From the sequence record NZ_KX443399.1: DNA of 64,000 bases; one strand, 5' to 3'. Shown one piece after another: positions 9,329 through 19,197 of the stretch. The first letter of the stretch is position 1. Each line of letters opens with the position of its first letter. The stretch is from a plasmid. The notes under the pieces are model-generated. The model was not told the origin of the DNA. It ran no database searches and was given only the letters and a program-made list of their open reading frames with translations. The translations under genes were made by a program, and so were the position numbers.

Positions 9329-10216
9329 GTGAATGTTGATGAACTCCGCTGGTTTGTGGCGTTAGCAGAATCGGAGCACATGCGCGATGCGGCTGACGAC
9401 TTACACATCTCTCAACCGACCCTTTCGCGGGCGCTTGCTCGCATCGAACGACAGGTTGGGGTGCCCCTTTTCGATCGGGTGAACCACCGCCTGCAGCTCA
9501 ACGACTACGGCCGGATCATGCTTGAGCATACTCGCCGGAGTCTGACCGAACTTCACTCCGCCAGTGAGCGGATCGCTGCGCTTCGTAATCCTGAGACAGG
9601 CACTGTTCGGCTAGGCTTCCTGCACTCCCTTGCGAGTTGGTTTGTGCCCGAGATCATCCGGGTGTTTCGCGAGAGCGCACCTAGGGTGAAATTCGCGCTG
9701 ACCCAGGCTCCGAGCGAGGACATCGTAGCCATGCTGGCTCGTGGGGAGATTGATGTCGCAGTGATCGGGCCACGGCCCGCCGCGGACGAGTTCGACTGGT
9801 ATGAGCTGTATGTGGAACGTCTTTGTCTTGCTGTACCGGAATCTCACCCTTTATCGGGGCGTGCCACTATCCGCCTAGCAGACGCTTCCGATAACGCTTT
9901 CATTATGCTACGCAGGCCGTTCGGGCTCCGCAAGCTGGTCGACGAGCTGTTCGCGGCTGCTGATGTCGTACCCCGAATCGTCTTCGAGACAATCGAGATC
10001 CCTACGATCGAGGGCCTGGTGGCCGCGGGTTTCGGTGTCGCTGTGGTGCCTTCGCCCAGGCCCACCAAAGAGACCGAAGGTGTCAGATACGTACCTCTGG
10101 ACGATGTCGGAGCCTTTCGCCCGATTGGCCTGGCGTGGCCCGTAGGGCGAGAACCCTCGCCCGTCGTTACGCGCTTCCTCACGTTCCTAGCAAACCGCGG
10201 TCAAGGGGCTATCTAG
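9329..10216 (+). CDS. LysR-type transcriptional regulator (virR-like position)
   Basis: N-terminal LysR HTH 'LRWFVALAESEHMRDAADDLHISQPTLSRALARIE' plus a substrate-binding domain. It is the first gene of a five-gene co-directional cluster. Confidence 0.85.
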   Translation: MNVDELRWFVALAESEHMRDAADDLHISQPTLSRALARIERQVGVPLFDRVNHRLQLNDYGRIMLEHTRRSLTELHSASERIAALRNPETGTVRLGFLHSLASWFVPEIIRVFRESAPRVKFALTQAPSEDIVAMLARGEIDVAVIGPRPAADEFDWYELYVERLCLAVPESHPLSGRATIRLADASDNAFIMLRRPFGLRKLVDELFAAADVVPRIVFETIEIPTIEGLVAAGFGVAVVPSPRPTKETEGVRYVPLDDVGAFRPIGLAWPVGREPSPVVTRFLTFLANRGQGAI

Positions 10217-10331
10217 AGGTGTCGCCTGCGGTGTATGGCCGGAACGCCGCAGACATGATGCGATTCATGCATCGCCGGCAGCCGTGAACCGAATTGGACA
10301 CTAGGCCCTAACCCCTCCTAGCGTCGTCACT

Positions 10332-11594
10332 GTGGACGATCGATCGAAAAGGCAAGCGCGCCCGCAGTATTCGCTCCCCACGGACATGCGATATGTGATG
10401 TGGCGCACATCGGCAGCGCTCTTCCTGGTCGGAGTTGCGACCTTCGCTTCGCTCAATGCACCACAGTCAATTCTGTTCGCGATTGGGCAGGATCTAGGTC
10501 TTAACCCCGCGAGGGCGGCGCTTGTCACTACTGCATCGACTGCAGGAGTGGCTGCGGGCGTCTTGCCCTGGGTTGTCGTCTCCGACCGAGTGGGCCGCTA
10601 CTGGGCGCTTACCTCGTCTGCGACGTTGTCCGCATTGACAGGCTTGGTGGTCCGCGCACTTCCTACGTTCGAGACCGTACTAGCAGGACGAGTTGCAGAG
10701 GGAATGATGCTCGCGGGTGTACCCGTAACCGCCATTACTTACGCCAGGGAACGTCTACCCGGGAAATACACGGCTAGGGCCGCGGGGTTCTTCGTCGGGG
10801 GCGCAACCGCCGGGGGTGTAGCGGGACGTCTCGTCTCCAGTACGGTCACTGACTCCTTTGGCTGGCGCGCAGGACTATTCGCATCGTCCGCCTTCTCGAC
10901 GGCTGTCGTAGTGCTGTTCCTTCTCGTAGCTCCCCGTAGGGCGGATGGAAGTCAGTCCCCACGGGCCGGCAGTCGGGGGAGGTGGAAAGCCCTCGTGACG
11001 GGGCGGCAGGCAGCAATGTATGCGCAGGCATTTCTACTTACAGGAGCGTTCTTTGCGCTGTACGACTATATCGGGTTCCGTTTGGGTCGTGACCCATTCA
11101 ATCTGTCACAGCAGCAGATCGGACTGATCTATGGGGCCTATCTGGCCGGAACGTTTGCGTCTCTGTCCGCAGGGTTTCTTGTCGGTGCAGTAGGTCGGCG
11201 CCCAGTACTGCTATTCGGGACAGGAGCGATATTTCTGGGCGGGGTGGTGACCCTCGCTAGCACCCTATGGATGTTCGTTTGTGGCCTAGCGCTCGTAACT
11301 GCCGGGTTCTTCGGTGCACATTCAGTTGTTTCGGGATGGGTCGGAGCTGAAGTGTCCGCCGGTACGCGGGCATCATCTCTATACACGCTTGCATACTATG
11401 GGGGTGCGAGCTTATTCGGGTGGCTCGGCGGGGAGGCGTACCAATCGTATAGTTGGCCAGGCCTCGTGGCTGGGGTAATGCTCTTAACGACGATCGCAGC
11501 TATATTCGCCCTCGCCCTGCTGTCGGAAGGGGGACCCACAGTCGGCACTGCTCGGAAGGGGCTACATCTAGAACCTGTATTAGGAGGGCAATGA
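10332..11594 (+). CDS. MFS transporter (icgA-like position)
   Basis: About 12 predicted TM helices and an MFS motif 'GRLVSSTVTDSFGWR'. Confidence 0.8.
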   Translation: MDDRSKRQARPQYSLPTDMRYVMWRTSAALFLVGVATFASLNAPQSILFAIGQDLGLNPARAALVTTASTAGVAAGVLPWVVVSDRVGRYWALTSSATLSALTGLVVRALPTFETVLAGRVAEGMMLAGVPVTAITYARERLPGKYTARAAGFFVGGATAGGVAGRLVSSTVTDSFGWRAGLFASSAFSTAVVVLFLLVAPRRADGSQSPRAGSRGRWKALVTGRQAAMYAQAFLLTGAFFALYDYIGFRLGRDPFNLSQQQIGLIYGAYLAGTFASLSAGFLVGAVGRRPVLLFGTGAIFLGGVVTLASTLWMFVCGLALVTAGFFGAHSVVSGWVGAEVSAGTRASSLYTLAYYGGASLFGWLGGEAYQSYSWPGLVAGVMLLTTIAAIFALALLSEGGPTVGTARKGLHLEPVLGGQ

Positions 11595-11742
11595 CAACAC
11601 TGGTGCCGCACAAGAATGTAGGAGGGACTTTACGTTTGTGCATTGGATGGGGTCTTCAGCGGGGAAGCTACACGCACGAATACGACGAACTGACAAAAGT
11701 ATCGCGCGGATCGAAACCTAAGTGGATGAGAGGGGTGTAGTT

Positions 11743-12318
11743 ATGTATCTGTCACAACCGGCTCGAAAGTTCTTGGTAAGGACAGCTGTGCCCGTAACCA
11801 TCGTAATGGCCCTCGCTGTCCCGAGGGGGTGCGCGCCTCCGCCACCATTACCGGCGGCCCCTATACAAGATCCCAGTGCTCCCACGCACGATCCGCGCGT
11901 CGGTCCGGCAAATTATAGCGACGGCACGGTTCTTGTACGCGCTTCATCCAATATTCCCGAGCCAGTGATACGCAGTGTCAGCGAGCAGCAACAGTGGACA
12001 GTGAACGGCGTGTTGGCGAGCGCGTTGGTGTACCAACGGCTGACGCTCACTGTTGAGGGTGGCGAGAAATTTGAGGGTTATGCGGGAGGATTGTCTATTC
12101 CGGGAGCGGGGATCGTCTGGGGCACGCTTTTCACCGACGACATACAGCGACTATATGATGGGACAGAATCGTTTGAGTTCAACGCGGTCGGGCCGTATCT
12201 CAACGTCAACTTCTTCGACGGCCGCAGCACATTACTCGGCCACGCGCAATTGGGAGGAGTCAGCTCGGTAATCGGTATTGGCGGCGGTACGGGAACCTGG
12301 AAGGGTGAAGTAGCGTAG
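11743..12318 (+). CDS. Vap family protein (vapH-like position)
   Basis: Conserved Vap core 'FEGYAGGLSIPGAGIVWGTLFTDDIQRLYDGTESFEFNAVGPYLNVNFFDGRSTLLGHAQLGGVSSVIGIGGGTGTW'. Confidence 0.8.
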   Translation: MYLSQPARKFLVRTAVPVTIVMALAVPRGCAPPPPLPAAPIQDPSAPTHDPRVGPANYSDGTVLVRASSNIPEPVIRSVSEQQQWTVNGVLASALVYQRLTLTVEGGEKFEGYAGGLSIPGAGIVWGTLFTDDIQRLYDGTESFEFNAVGPYLNVNFFDGRSTLLGHAQLGGVSSVIGIGGGTGTWKGEVA

Positions 12319-12397
12319 TCCAATCGAAAGATTGCAGCAGAAACGCCAGCACCAGAACAGTCGCCAGAACGTTAGGGCAGTAGAATGATTCAGTGAG

Positions 12398-12835
12398 GTG
12401 AGCATGCACTCCCTGAAAACTATCGGACTTCCTCTCGACCTGCTTTCGAATCCGAATCGAATCCAAAACAGCCCAGTTTTCCCCCCGGAGCACCGTGTTG
12501 AGCTGACGCTGGTTGGAATCATCGACTCACGGCGCGGCCAGGCGACCAGAATAATACCCATCGATGACGAATTGCGTGTCAATCCAGCCCACCCTGGCGC
12601 GCCGGCTGTCGCACTTGAAGTCGGGACCGTTCTCGGCGATTGCTTTGTTTTTCTTGTTCCAGTCGTGTGGGATTCGGCCGAAAATCAGTGGAAGAAGGTG
12701 GCCGATCACGTCGTGGCAGGCGGAAACTTCGCAGCAGGCGGTGCAAAGTTTGAAGACCTCGTAGAAGAGCTCACCGGAGCGAGTTTCTACGGCGCGGTCG
12801 CTGTGCACGACAAAATTTCCCCGTTTCCGCGATGA
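12398..12835 (+). CDS. Hypothetical protein (orf7-like position, between the vap gene and the response regulator)
   Basis: ORF with an RBS. Its position matches the virR-icgA-vapH-orf7-virS order known for the R. equi PAI. Confidence 0.5.
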   Translation: MSMHSLKTIGLPLDLLSNPNRIQNSPVFPPEHRVELTLVGIIDSRRGQATRIIPIDDELRVNPAHPGAPAVALEVGTVLGDCFVFLVPVVWDSAENQWKKVADHVVAGGNFAAGGAKFEDLVEELTGASFYGAVAVHDKISPFPR

Positions 12836-12944
12836 GTTCCGCGATAGGAAGTGAGGAGAGGTTCTTCATGGGGTGCTATTGGAAATATTCATACCTCGCC
12901 CATGACTGTTAGTGAAGTGCTTAACTAGTGTGTGAGTAGGTGGT

Positions 12945-13709
12945 TTGGGCATGGAGTCAATTCGCGGTATATCGGTCCTTCTAGCTGACCGTGATCCGGC
13001 ACTACGAACCGCCACGCGGCGCGAATTTGAACAACTGGGAATATTGGTCCGAGAAGCTGGAGCTGGCGATGAAGTGCTCAGCTTGGTGTGCACGCGGCAA
13101 TTTGACCTAATTGTTCTGGATGTAGACCTACCCGGAATGAGCGGGGATAAACTCTGTCGAAAGCGAGATAAACAGAAATTCCCCGACATTCCTATAATAC
13201 TACTCTCGTCCAGGAATGGCGAACAGGAACGGATTGCCGGACTTGAGTCGGGTGCCGACGACTATATACTTAAACCAGTCAGTGCGCGCGAGTTGGCATT
13301 ACGTATTGCCCGTATTCTCGACCGCTTAAGAGTTCGGGAGGGAGGGAATCGGGCGCCGCAGCGTCTTCCGCTATCCGACGAGACAATTCAACTGTATCCT
13401 GCCGCGCGTTGTATATATGTTAACGGAGACATGATTACCCTCACTTCCCGAGAGTTCGACCTGCTCGCGTACTTCATGAAGAACCCTTTCGTCATCCACT
13501 CGCGCCAGGATCTTCTTGAGCGCGTATGGAAATGGTCATACGGCGATATATCCACGGTCACCGTACATGTTAGACGACTGCGAAAGAGGCTGGGGCACTA
13601 TTGCCGGATTGAAACGGTCTGGGGGCGCGGGTATCGCTGGATCCCTGGACCTCAGGTCCGGCATTCCGGTACCACCGGTGACGAGAGGCTAGCTGGCCCA
13701 CGATGTTGA
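12945..13709 (+). CDS. OmpR/PhoB-family response regulator (virS-like position), no cognate kinase nearby
   Basis: Receiver domain ('VLLADRD...DLIVLDVDLPGMSGDKL...ILLSSRNGEQERIAGLESGADDYILKP') plus a winged-helix output domain ('LTSREFDLLAYFMKNP...VHVRRLRKRL'). Confidence 0.85.
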   Translation: MGMESIRGISVLLADRDPALRTATRREFEQLGILVREAGAGDEVLSLVCTRQFDLIVLDVDLPGMSGDKLCRKRDKQKFPDIPIILLSSRNGEQERIAGLESGADDYILKPVSARELALRIARILDRLRVREGGNRAPQRLPLSDETIQLYPAARCIYVNGDMITLTSREFDLLAYFMKNPFVIHSRQDLLERVWKWSYGDISTVTVHVRRLRKRLGHYCRIETVWGRGYRWIPGPQVRHSGTTGDERLAGPRC

Positions 13710-13796
13710 AAAACGTATATTGCGGGCCTAGGGGTTCTGGCTAGACAACGGGTGGGCATATCCGGCTCCGGGGTTGCGTTGACGCATTGAAAGACG

Positions 13797-13826
13797 CCTA
13801 CTCGTGTAGGCGCCTTTCGCAACTCG
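13797..13826 (+). terminator. Hairpin downstream of the response regulator
   Basis: AAAGACGCCTAC-tcgt-GTAGGCGCCTTT, one mismatch in the stem. Confidence 0.4.
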
Positions 13827-14090
13827 TGCGACGGGATAAAGCATTTAGGTACTGCAGGCAACTGCTATCCTGTGGCCGCTGGTAGAGCCCCAGTAGACGG
13901 TTCAGCGAAACGCGCGATACGCGCTACCCCAGGTAGACCCAGAGGATCGGGCGTCACAAAGCGGTAATAATTTCTCCACTTTATAGACCGGTAATGGGGC
14001 TAGTATGACTCTTGCCCGGATCGCGATCGCTGAAGTCGGCGGACGCTTTTATCGAGGGCACTCCAAAAATACCCCGGAAGGAGAATAGTA

Positions 14091-14642
14091 ATGGGGAACG
14101 CGCGCAGGTCATTGGTAAAGGCTGCCGCGGCATCGACGCTGACAGCGGCCGCAGTTATGGTTCCTGCCGGCGTGGCGAACGCTCAGCCGCTGGACGTTGG
14201 AGGTAGCAGCACGATCTTTGTGAATGACGCTTTTGGCTCTGCCTCGATGGGGGACCACGGTAGTAGCAGCTCGGCGCCTGAGACCGCGCCAAAAGTGCGG
14301 AGTCAGGCGGCGGCCAACCAGGAACAGCGCTACGACGTCAAGGGCAACGTTATTAGCGCGATCTTCTACCAGCAGTTTCGGGTGGAAGGACCTCAGGGAA
14401 AGGTGTTTGATGGTCAGGCCGGAGGGGTGACCATCCCAGGCGGAGGAGCGTTTTGGGGTTCCCTTTTCACGGGTGACTTGAACCGTCTCTACTCCGATAC
14501 CGCCTCGTTTGAGTACAACGCACTGGGCCCGTACTTGAACATCAACTTCTTCGACAAGAACGGAGTACTGCTTGGTCACATCCAGGCTGGCGCGGTCAGC
14601 AGCGTGGTTGGTGTCGGTGGCGGAACGGGCAGCTGGGCGTAG
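14091..14642 (+). CDS. Vap family secreted protein (vapA-like position)
   Basis: Signal peptide 'AAAASTLTAAAVMVPAGVANA' and core 'YDVKGNVISAIFYQQFRVEGPQGKVFDGQAGGVTIPGGGAFWGSLFTGDLNRLYSDTASFEYNALGPYLNINFFDKNGVLLGHIQAGAVSSVVGVGGGTGSWA', which resembles VapA as I recall it. RBS GGAAGGAGAA. Confidence 0.85.
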   Translation: MGNARRSLVKAAAASTLTAAAVMVPAGVANAQPLDVGGSSTIFVNDAFGSASMGDHGSSSSAPETAPKVRSQAAANQEQRYDVKGNVISAIFYQQFRVEGPQGKVFDGQAGGVTIPGGGAFWGSLFTGDLNRLYSDTASFEYNALGPYLNINFFDKNGVLLGHIQAGAVSSVVGVGGGTGSWA

Positions 14643-14689
14643 CTGTTCGAGGGGAACATAACATTCGCAAGACCTGGCAAAGGTCCGTC

Positions 14690-14722
14690 CAGGGTGGTGC
14701 GGGGCAGTCTTCGGCTGCCCCG
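14690..14722 (+). terminator. Perfect 12-bp stem hairpin after the vapA-like gene
   Basis: GGTGCGGGGCAG-tcttcg-GCTGCCCCGCACC. Confidence 0.5.
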
Positions 14723-14989
14723 CACCACCACGTGCGTAGTAGGCCCGATTCCCGGCCTAAGCGCTCCATGGAGAACGTCAAGGGCCAGATCGGCGGGATA
14801 TCGGCTGAACGCTAAGCGTCATAAAGGTGCTGCGTCCGCATACGCTGGTGAGCCCGGAGGATGGTTCAGAGCCGGTATATCTTGCAAGAGAACTTTCCTT
14901 CGGAAGGGGCGTTTGCCTATGCGTCAGAACGTTGGAGGACCGGATCCGGCAATGACTCGGCTTAGTCGCATTTCTCGGTACGTGGCGTG

Positions 14990-15255
14990 GTTGTCAGTGC
15001 GCTATTCTGTCAGCACCTGGAGAGCGGGGCGGATGGGTGAAATACGTCCGACGGCGACGGACTGCCCGTTCCACGCAGAGGAAAATTGTGGGGAACATTA
15101 TTGTTCACTTGGGATCTGCAAAGGTTATACGAAAAAATCGCCTTTTTTGAATTTGATGCGGCGGGACTGTTCGTAAACGTCAGCTTCCTCCATGGCCGTG
15201 GTAGCTCACTCGGTCAGGGGGAGCGGGGCAGTGAGCTCGGCAGTAGGGATTGACT
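14990..15255 (+). pseudogene. Degenerate vap remnant (frameshifted)
   Basis: Reading 'FEFDAAGLFVNVSFLHGRGSSLGQG' (compare Vap 'FEFNAVGPYLNVNFFDGRSTLLGH') in one frame is preceded by a 'L..LY' segment in another frame. There is no intact ORF. Confidence 0.45.
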
Positions 15256-15464
15256 GGGGTACTGGAAGAGGGCACGTCGTACGAAAGGGCTCGTACGACG
15301 TGCCGTGGTGGCTCTTGAGTGAGTTGGGGGTCCGACTGCTCACTAAAGATTGATCCCAACCGCGCATCGGATTGTTTTGGGTTCTTTCCCGGTATAGTCC
15401 TGCTCTCGCTCAGAAGCGCGTTGGCGTGGGAGTGCGGCTGTTTTGATCTGCAGTGGGATGGGGA

Positions 15465-15621
15465 CGACTTGCCCGCAGTTTACATCCGCGTACCTGCGGG
15501 CAAGTCGTCTGTGATGGTGCAGTGATCGGGATGCCTGCACCAGCGACTTGCCCGCAGTTTACATCCGCGTACCTGCGGGCAAGTCGTCTGTGATGGTGCA
15601 GTGATCGGGATGCCTGCACCA
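15465..15621. repeat. Tandem duplication of a 78-bp unit, each copy carrying a perfect 13-bp inverted repeat
   Basis: Two identical copies (15465-15542 and 15544-15621). Each contains GACTTGCCCGCAG-N14-CTGCGGGCAAGTC. Confidence 0.8.
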
Positions 15622-17987
15622 TCGGATGCGACTGACGCACGTCTGGGGCTCGTCAGCCGTTCGGAGTGAGTCCGGCTGTGGGAGATGGGGTCGCTCACTC
15701 CGCGTTCAGAGGTTAGTGGACAACACGCGCTCTCGAGTAGAACGGGGCGGATATGTCAGAATGATGTAAGAAATGCATTCGGTGTGTGCCGGGTGATAGA
15801 TCATGCTCCGGTCGGTCGGTTTCGCATAGGCCAAGACGTTGATCGAGTCGTCTGCCGAAGGAGCGGGTTCTCGGGGCCGGCCGACCCGCTAGCCCTGCGG
15901 GGGCCGGGGGAGGGGGGTACGCCGTAGTCGGAGTGTTTAGGGTTACTTGTGGGCAGCGCCGCCGAAATGCGTAGTCTTGACAGGTAGGCGCATCCGGACA
16001 CATTATGCTTATGCGAGTTCTGGCATAGTGTTCCCGCATGAGCATTGGACACTGATCTCATGGCGACAATGCGTAGCTGTCCGCGCTTGCCTGTAGCTCA
16101 GCTGGGCGCCACCGATACTAGCTGGCCCGGGCACGCTCCCCGGGACGTACCGACGAGGAGGTGTGGATTCATATGAGTAACGATGGAAGTTCCTACCGCA
16201 GTTCGATGTTTCATCGGTACCTCAACCTCGGTTCGGTTCCTGCAGCCAAAATCCTACGTAGCGTTATCCCGTTGCGCAGCATGCGCAGGCATCTAATACT
16301 TAGATATTTGTAGGTCCGTGCCCTGGTTCCGTTTTATATAAGGAGCCGACGCATGAAAGCTCTTAAGTCGCATGCCCACGCCCTCACCGTTTTCAATCTA
16401 CTCAGTAGGTGCTGGCGATCAGTCGCCGATTTTTGGGCGCGTCGTAATCTGACACCCCAGGAGCGCGCCAACCTGCGCGCCGGTTACACGCCACCGGCGG
16501 TAATCTCGGCGTCGCTGGGCGGGGGAACACACTTTTAGATTCTGCCTGAGCGGACGCCCTCGACGTTCTCGTGTTCCTTATACAGCTGACAACGGCATAC
16601 AGCTGACAACGGCCTGGACCGCAGAAACCACTTGCACCGACGGCGGTGTGTGCGACAGTTTCCTTCAGGAACTCGAGCATGTCGTGTCGTGCGGCGAGAG
16701 TAGTCCTTGAGCATGGCCGTGATGGTGTGCCATCAGGTGACCTCGGCGATCTGCGAGAGGGCGGTGCGCATATCCTCCATCTCATTCTGCTGGACGACTA
16801 CGGCGGCGATGGCGTAGAACGTCTTGTCGCGGTATACAACCGGATCGGGAATCTGACACGACTCGTCCATCCACGAAGGCGACGTACCGCTGATCCGCGC
16901 ACACGCATCCCGACGATGTCGCCTTCGTGGAGGTAGCGGCGATCGGTAACCGCTGCGCCGACAAGTGATGTATGTCGCCGGAAGGAGCGGTTGGCCGATG
17001 GTGACGGGTCGAGTCGAATGCGGTGGGAGTCGGAAGTATCGATCCGAACTAGGCCTGGCGTGAAGCGCAAAACAATCAAGCCAGCATCGCGACCTACACT
17101 GCGTAGTGTGGGCGCGAGGGAAGTGCCATACGAGGCGATCACAGAGGCCGCCGAAGCAGTTGCGGAGAAGATCGACGTACTGCTTGAGCGGGCAAACGAC
17201 GCCGTAATTCGAGCGCCGCGACCCGGTTCAGAAGCGTGGCGACAGGCGTGGGCCGCCCGCGATACCGCCGCTGGACGCGCCGCGAGCGCACACCGCGCCC
17301 GGATCAAGACCGCCGTCTGATCGGTATGCGATTGAGAGGCTCGACGCGCCGGTCATACTGACGTCGCAGCTCTGCGATAACGGAGCGGACTCGAGGGCCT
17401 TGGGGTTGGCGCGGGACGATTACATATCGAAACCATTCGGCCAGTGAGAACTTTTGCGGACGGCGCGGCTCCTGAATCTTAGAAGCACAGAGGTGATTGC
17501 GGGTATGCCGGTCGCTGACGACGCATCCAGCCCCATCCGGAAACTCTTAGCGTATACATTGACGATTGTGCTGTTTCGCTAACCTGCGGCGAAGTCAAAT
17601 CGCTCACGACGAGTTCACTAAGAATGCATTCTAGATGGGGGATTTACTGCGCAAAATTATGGCGGATGTCGCACCAGGGATTTAATCTACCGTCGCGATA
17701 CGTGTTGGAAGGTTGCGTCAACGTCTGGGCGAGCATTCTCGCATCGAGGCCGTCTGTCGGAGGATGATTCGCCCTGACGAGGGATTGGAGGTTCGTAGCC
17801 CTATCTAACGGGGCGGAAGATATTCCTTGTTTTTGAGAACCAACGATACCCGCAACCTCGACGAGGGGCGTAATTGTTCCGTTAGGATTATTGGGTTTTA
17901 GTACCGCATGCGATCAACTATCGTAGGAACTGTCCGAGGGTAAAGAGCTTCGTGACGATAGAAGGGCGATGTTCAAAGGGGAATAAG

Positions 17988-18500
17988 ATGAAGGCCGTAC
18001 GAAAGACGGTGTCTAAGTCAATCGCTGCTACAGTCGCAGTGGCGACTGTAGCAGCGATCCCAGCTGGCGTCGTTAACGCGGCTGTATTGGATTCCGGTGT
18101 CGACATCATGCTTTCTAAGAATCCCGCCTTGCGCGCGCCAGAGTTGAAGAATTCTGACTCGGAGCAGCAGTATCCGGTACATGGCTTTGCTGCGAGTTTC
18201 ATCTTCTATCAAACTGTATCGATATTGATTGATGACGACGGGCGAGGAAGGGCGGGCAGGACATTTGAAGGAGAAGCCGGTGGCATTACTACGCCCGGTG
18301 CCGCGGGGTTCGTCGGAGTCCTATTCACGAGCGATCTCGAGCGGCTCTACCGCGAGACGGTTTCATTTGAGTACAACGCTGTCGGACCGTACTTGAACAT
18401 CAACCTTTTCGCTGGTGACGGAAGTTTACTGGGGCACGTCCAATCTGGCGCTATTAGTATTTTGGTAGGCATCGGAGGGGGAAATGGCACCTGGCTATAG
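17988..18500 (+). CDS. Vap family secreted protein
   Basis: 'MKAVRKTVSKSIAATVAVATVAAIPAGVVNAAVLDSG' is a VapA-like signal peptide. Core 'FEGEAGGITTPGAAGFVGVLFTSDLERLYRETVSFEYNAVGPYLNINLFAGDGSLLGHVQSG'. Confidence 0.8.
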   Translation: MKAVRKTVSKSIAATVAVATVAAIPAGVVNAAVLDSGVDIMLSKNPALRAPELKNSDSEQQYPVHGFAASFIFYQTVSILIDDDGRGRAGRTFEGEAGGITTPGAAGFVGVLFTSDLERLYRETVSFEYNAVGPYLNINLFAGDGSLLGHVQSGAISILVGIGGGNGTWL

Positions 18501-18657
18501 CTGAGCCTGACCCAAGTCGATATTGCCAACGAATCGGACCGGTGGAATAACGAATTCGCAGCCCGAATTGCCGTGCGGTAGGCCGCACTGCTTCTAGCAG
18601 TTGGGGTGCCGCGTGGAAATGATCTGTTTTAAGGGTAGGGCTAGGGAGGGGTCGAAC

Positions 18658-19182
18658 ATGTCCCGTATGGGTCGTCCATCCAAGGTAGCAACCGTTGTGG
18701 CGGGTGCCCTATGCCTCTTGCCCTTGGGAGGCACTGTACGTGCCGAAGTAGTTGCTCCTTCAGTGCGGGACGGGTTGCAATCCGCTCATAGTAAAGAGGC
18801 CGAAGGGGTCACGCTTGGCGGCGTCGTAGTACCGCGGCCGCTCAATACAGATTCCGACGAACAATATTCGGTTCATGGGGTCGTTGTCAGTGCGGTGTTT
18901 TATAATTATGTGCGAATCTCCGTCGACGGGGGAATGACCTTCGATGGAGAGGGTGGTGGGCTATCCACTCCGGGCGGAGGTGCATTTTGGGGAACTCTTG
19001 CAACTAGCGATCTTCAGCAGCTATACGACGAAACTGTGTCGTTCGAATGCAATGGGGTTGGCCCGTATTTGAATATCAAATTTTACGACAGTTACGGGAG
19101 CATCCTCGGGAGTGTTCAGGCGGGCGGTGTCAGCACTATGATTGGCATAGGCGGAGGGAATGGGCGATGGCATGTGGTGTGA
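18658..19182 (+). CDS. Vap family secreted protein
   Basis: Signal peptide plus core 'FDGEGGGLSTPGGGAFWGTLATSDLQQLYDETVSFECNGVGPYLNIKFYDSYGSILGSVQAGGVSTMIGIGGGNGRW'. Confidence 0.8.
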   Translation: MSRMGRPSKVATVVAGALCLLPLGGTVRAEVVAPSVRDGLQSAHSKEAEGVTLGGVVVPRPLNTDSDEQYSVHGVVVSAVFYNYVRISVDGGMTFDGEGGGLSTPGGGAFWGTLATSDLQQLYDETVSFECNGVGPYLNIKFYDSYGSILGSVQAGGVSTMIGIGGGNGRWHVV

Positions 19183-19197
19183 CGCTAGGTCCGCGCG

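Noticed and set aside
15465-15621. Possible CRISPR array
   Set aside because: There are only two identical 78-bp units with no unique spacers and no cas genes. It is a tandem duplication.
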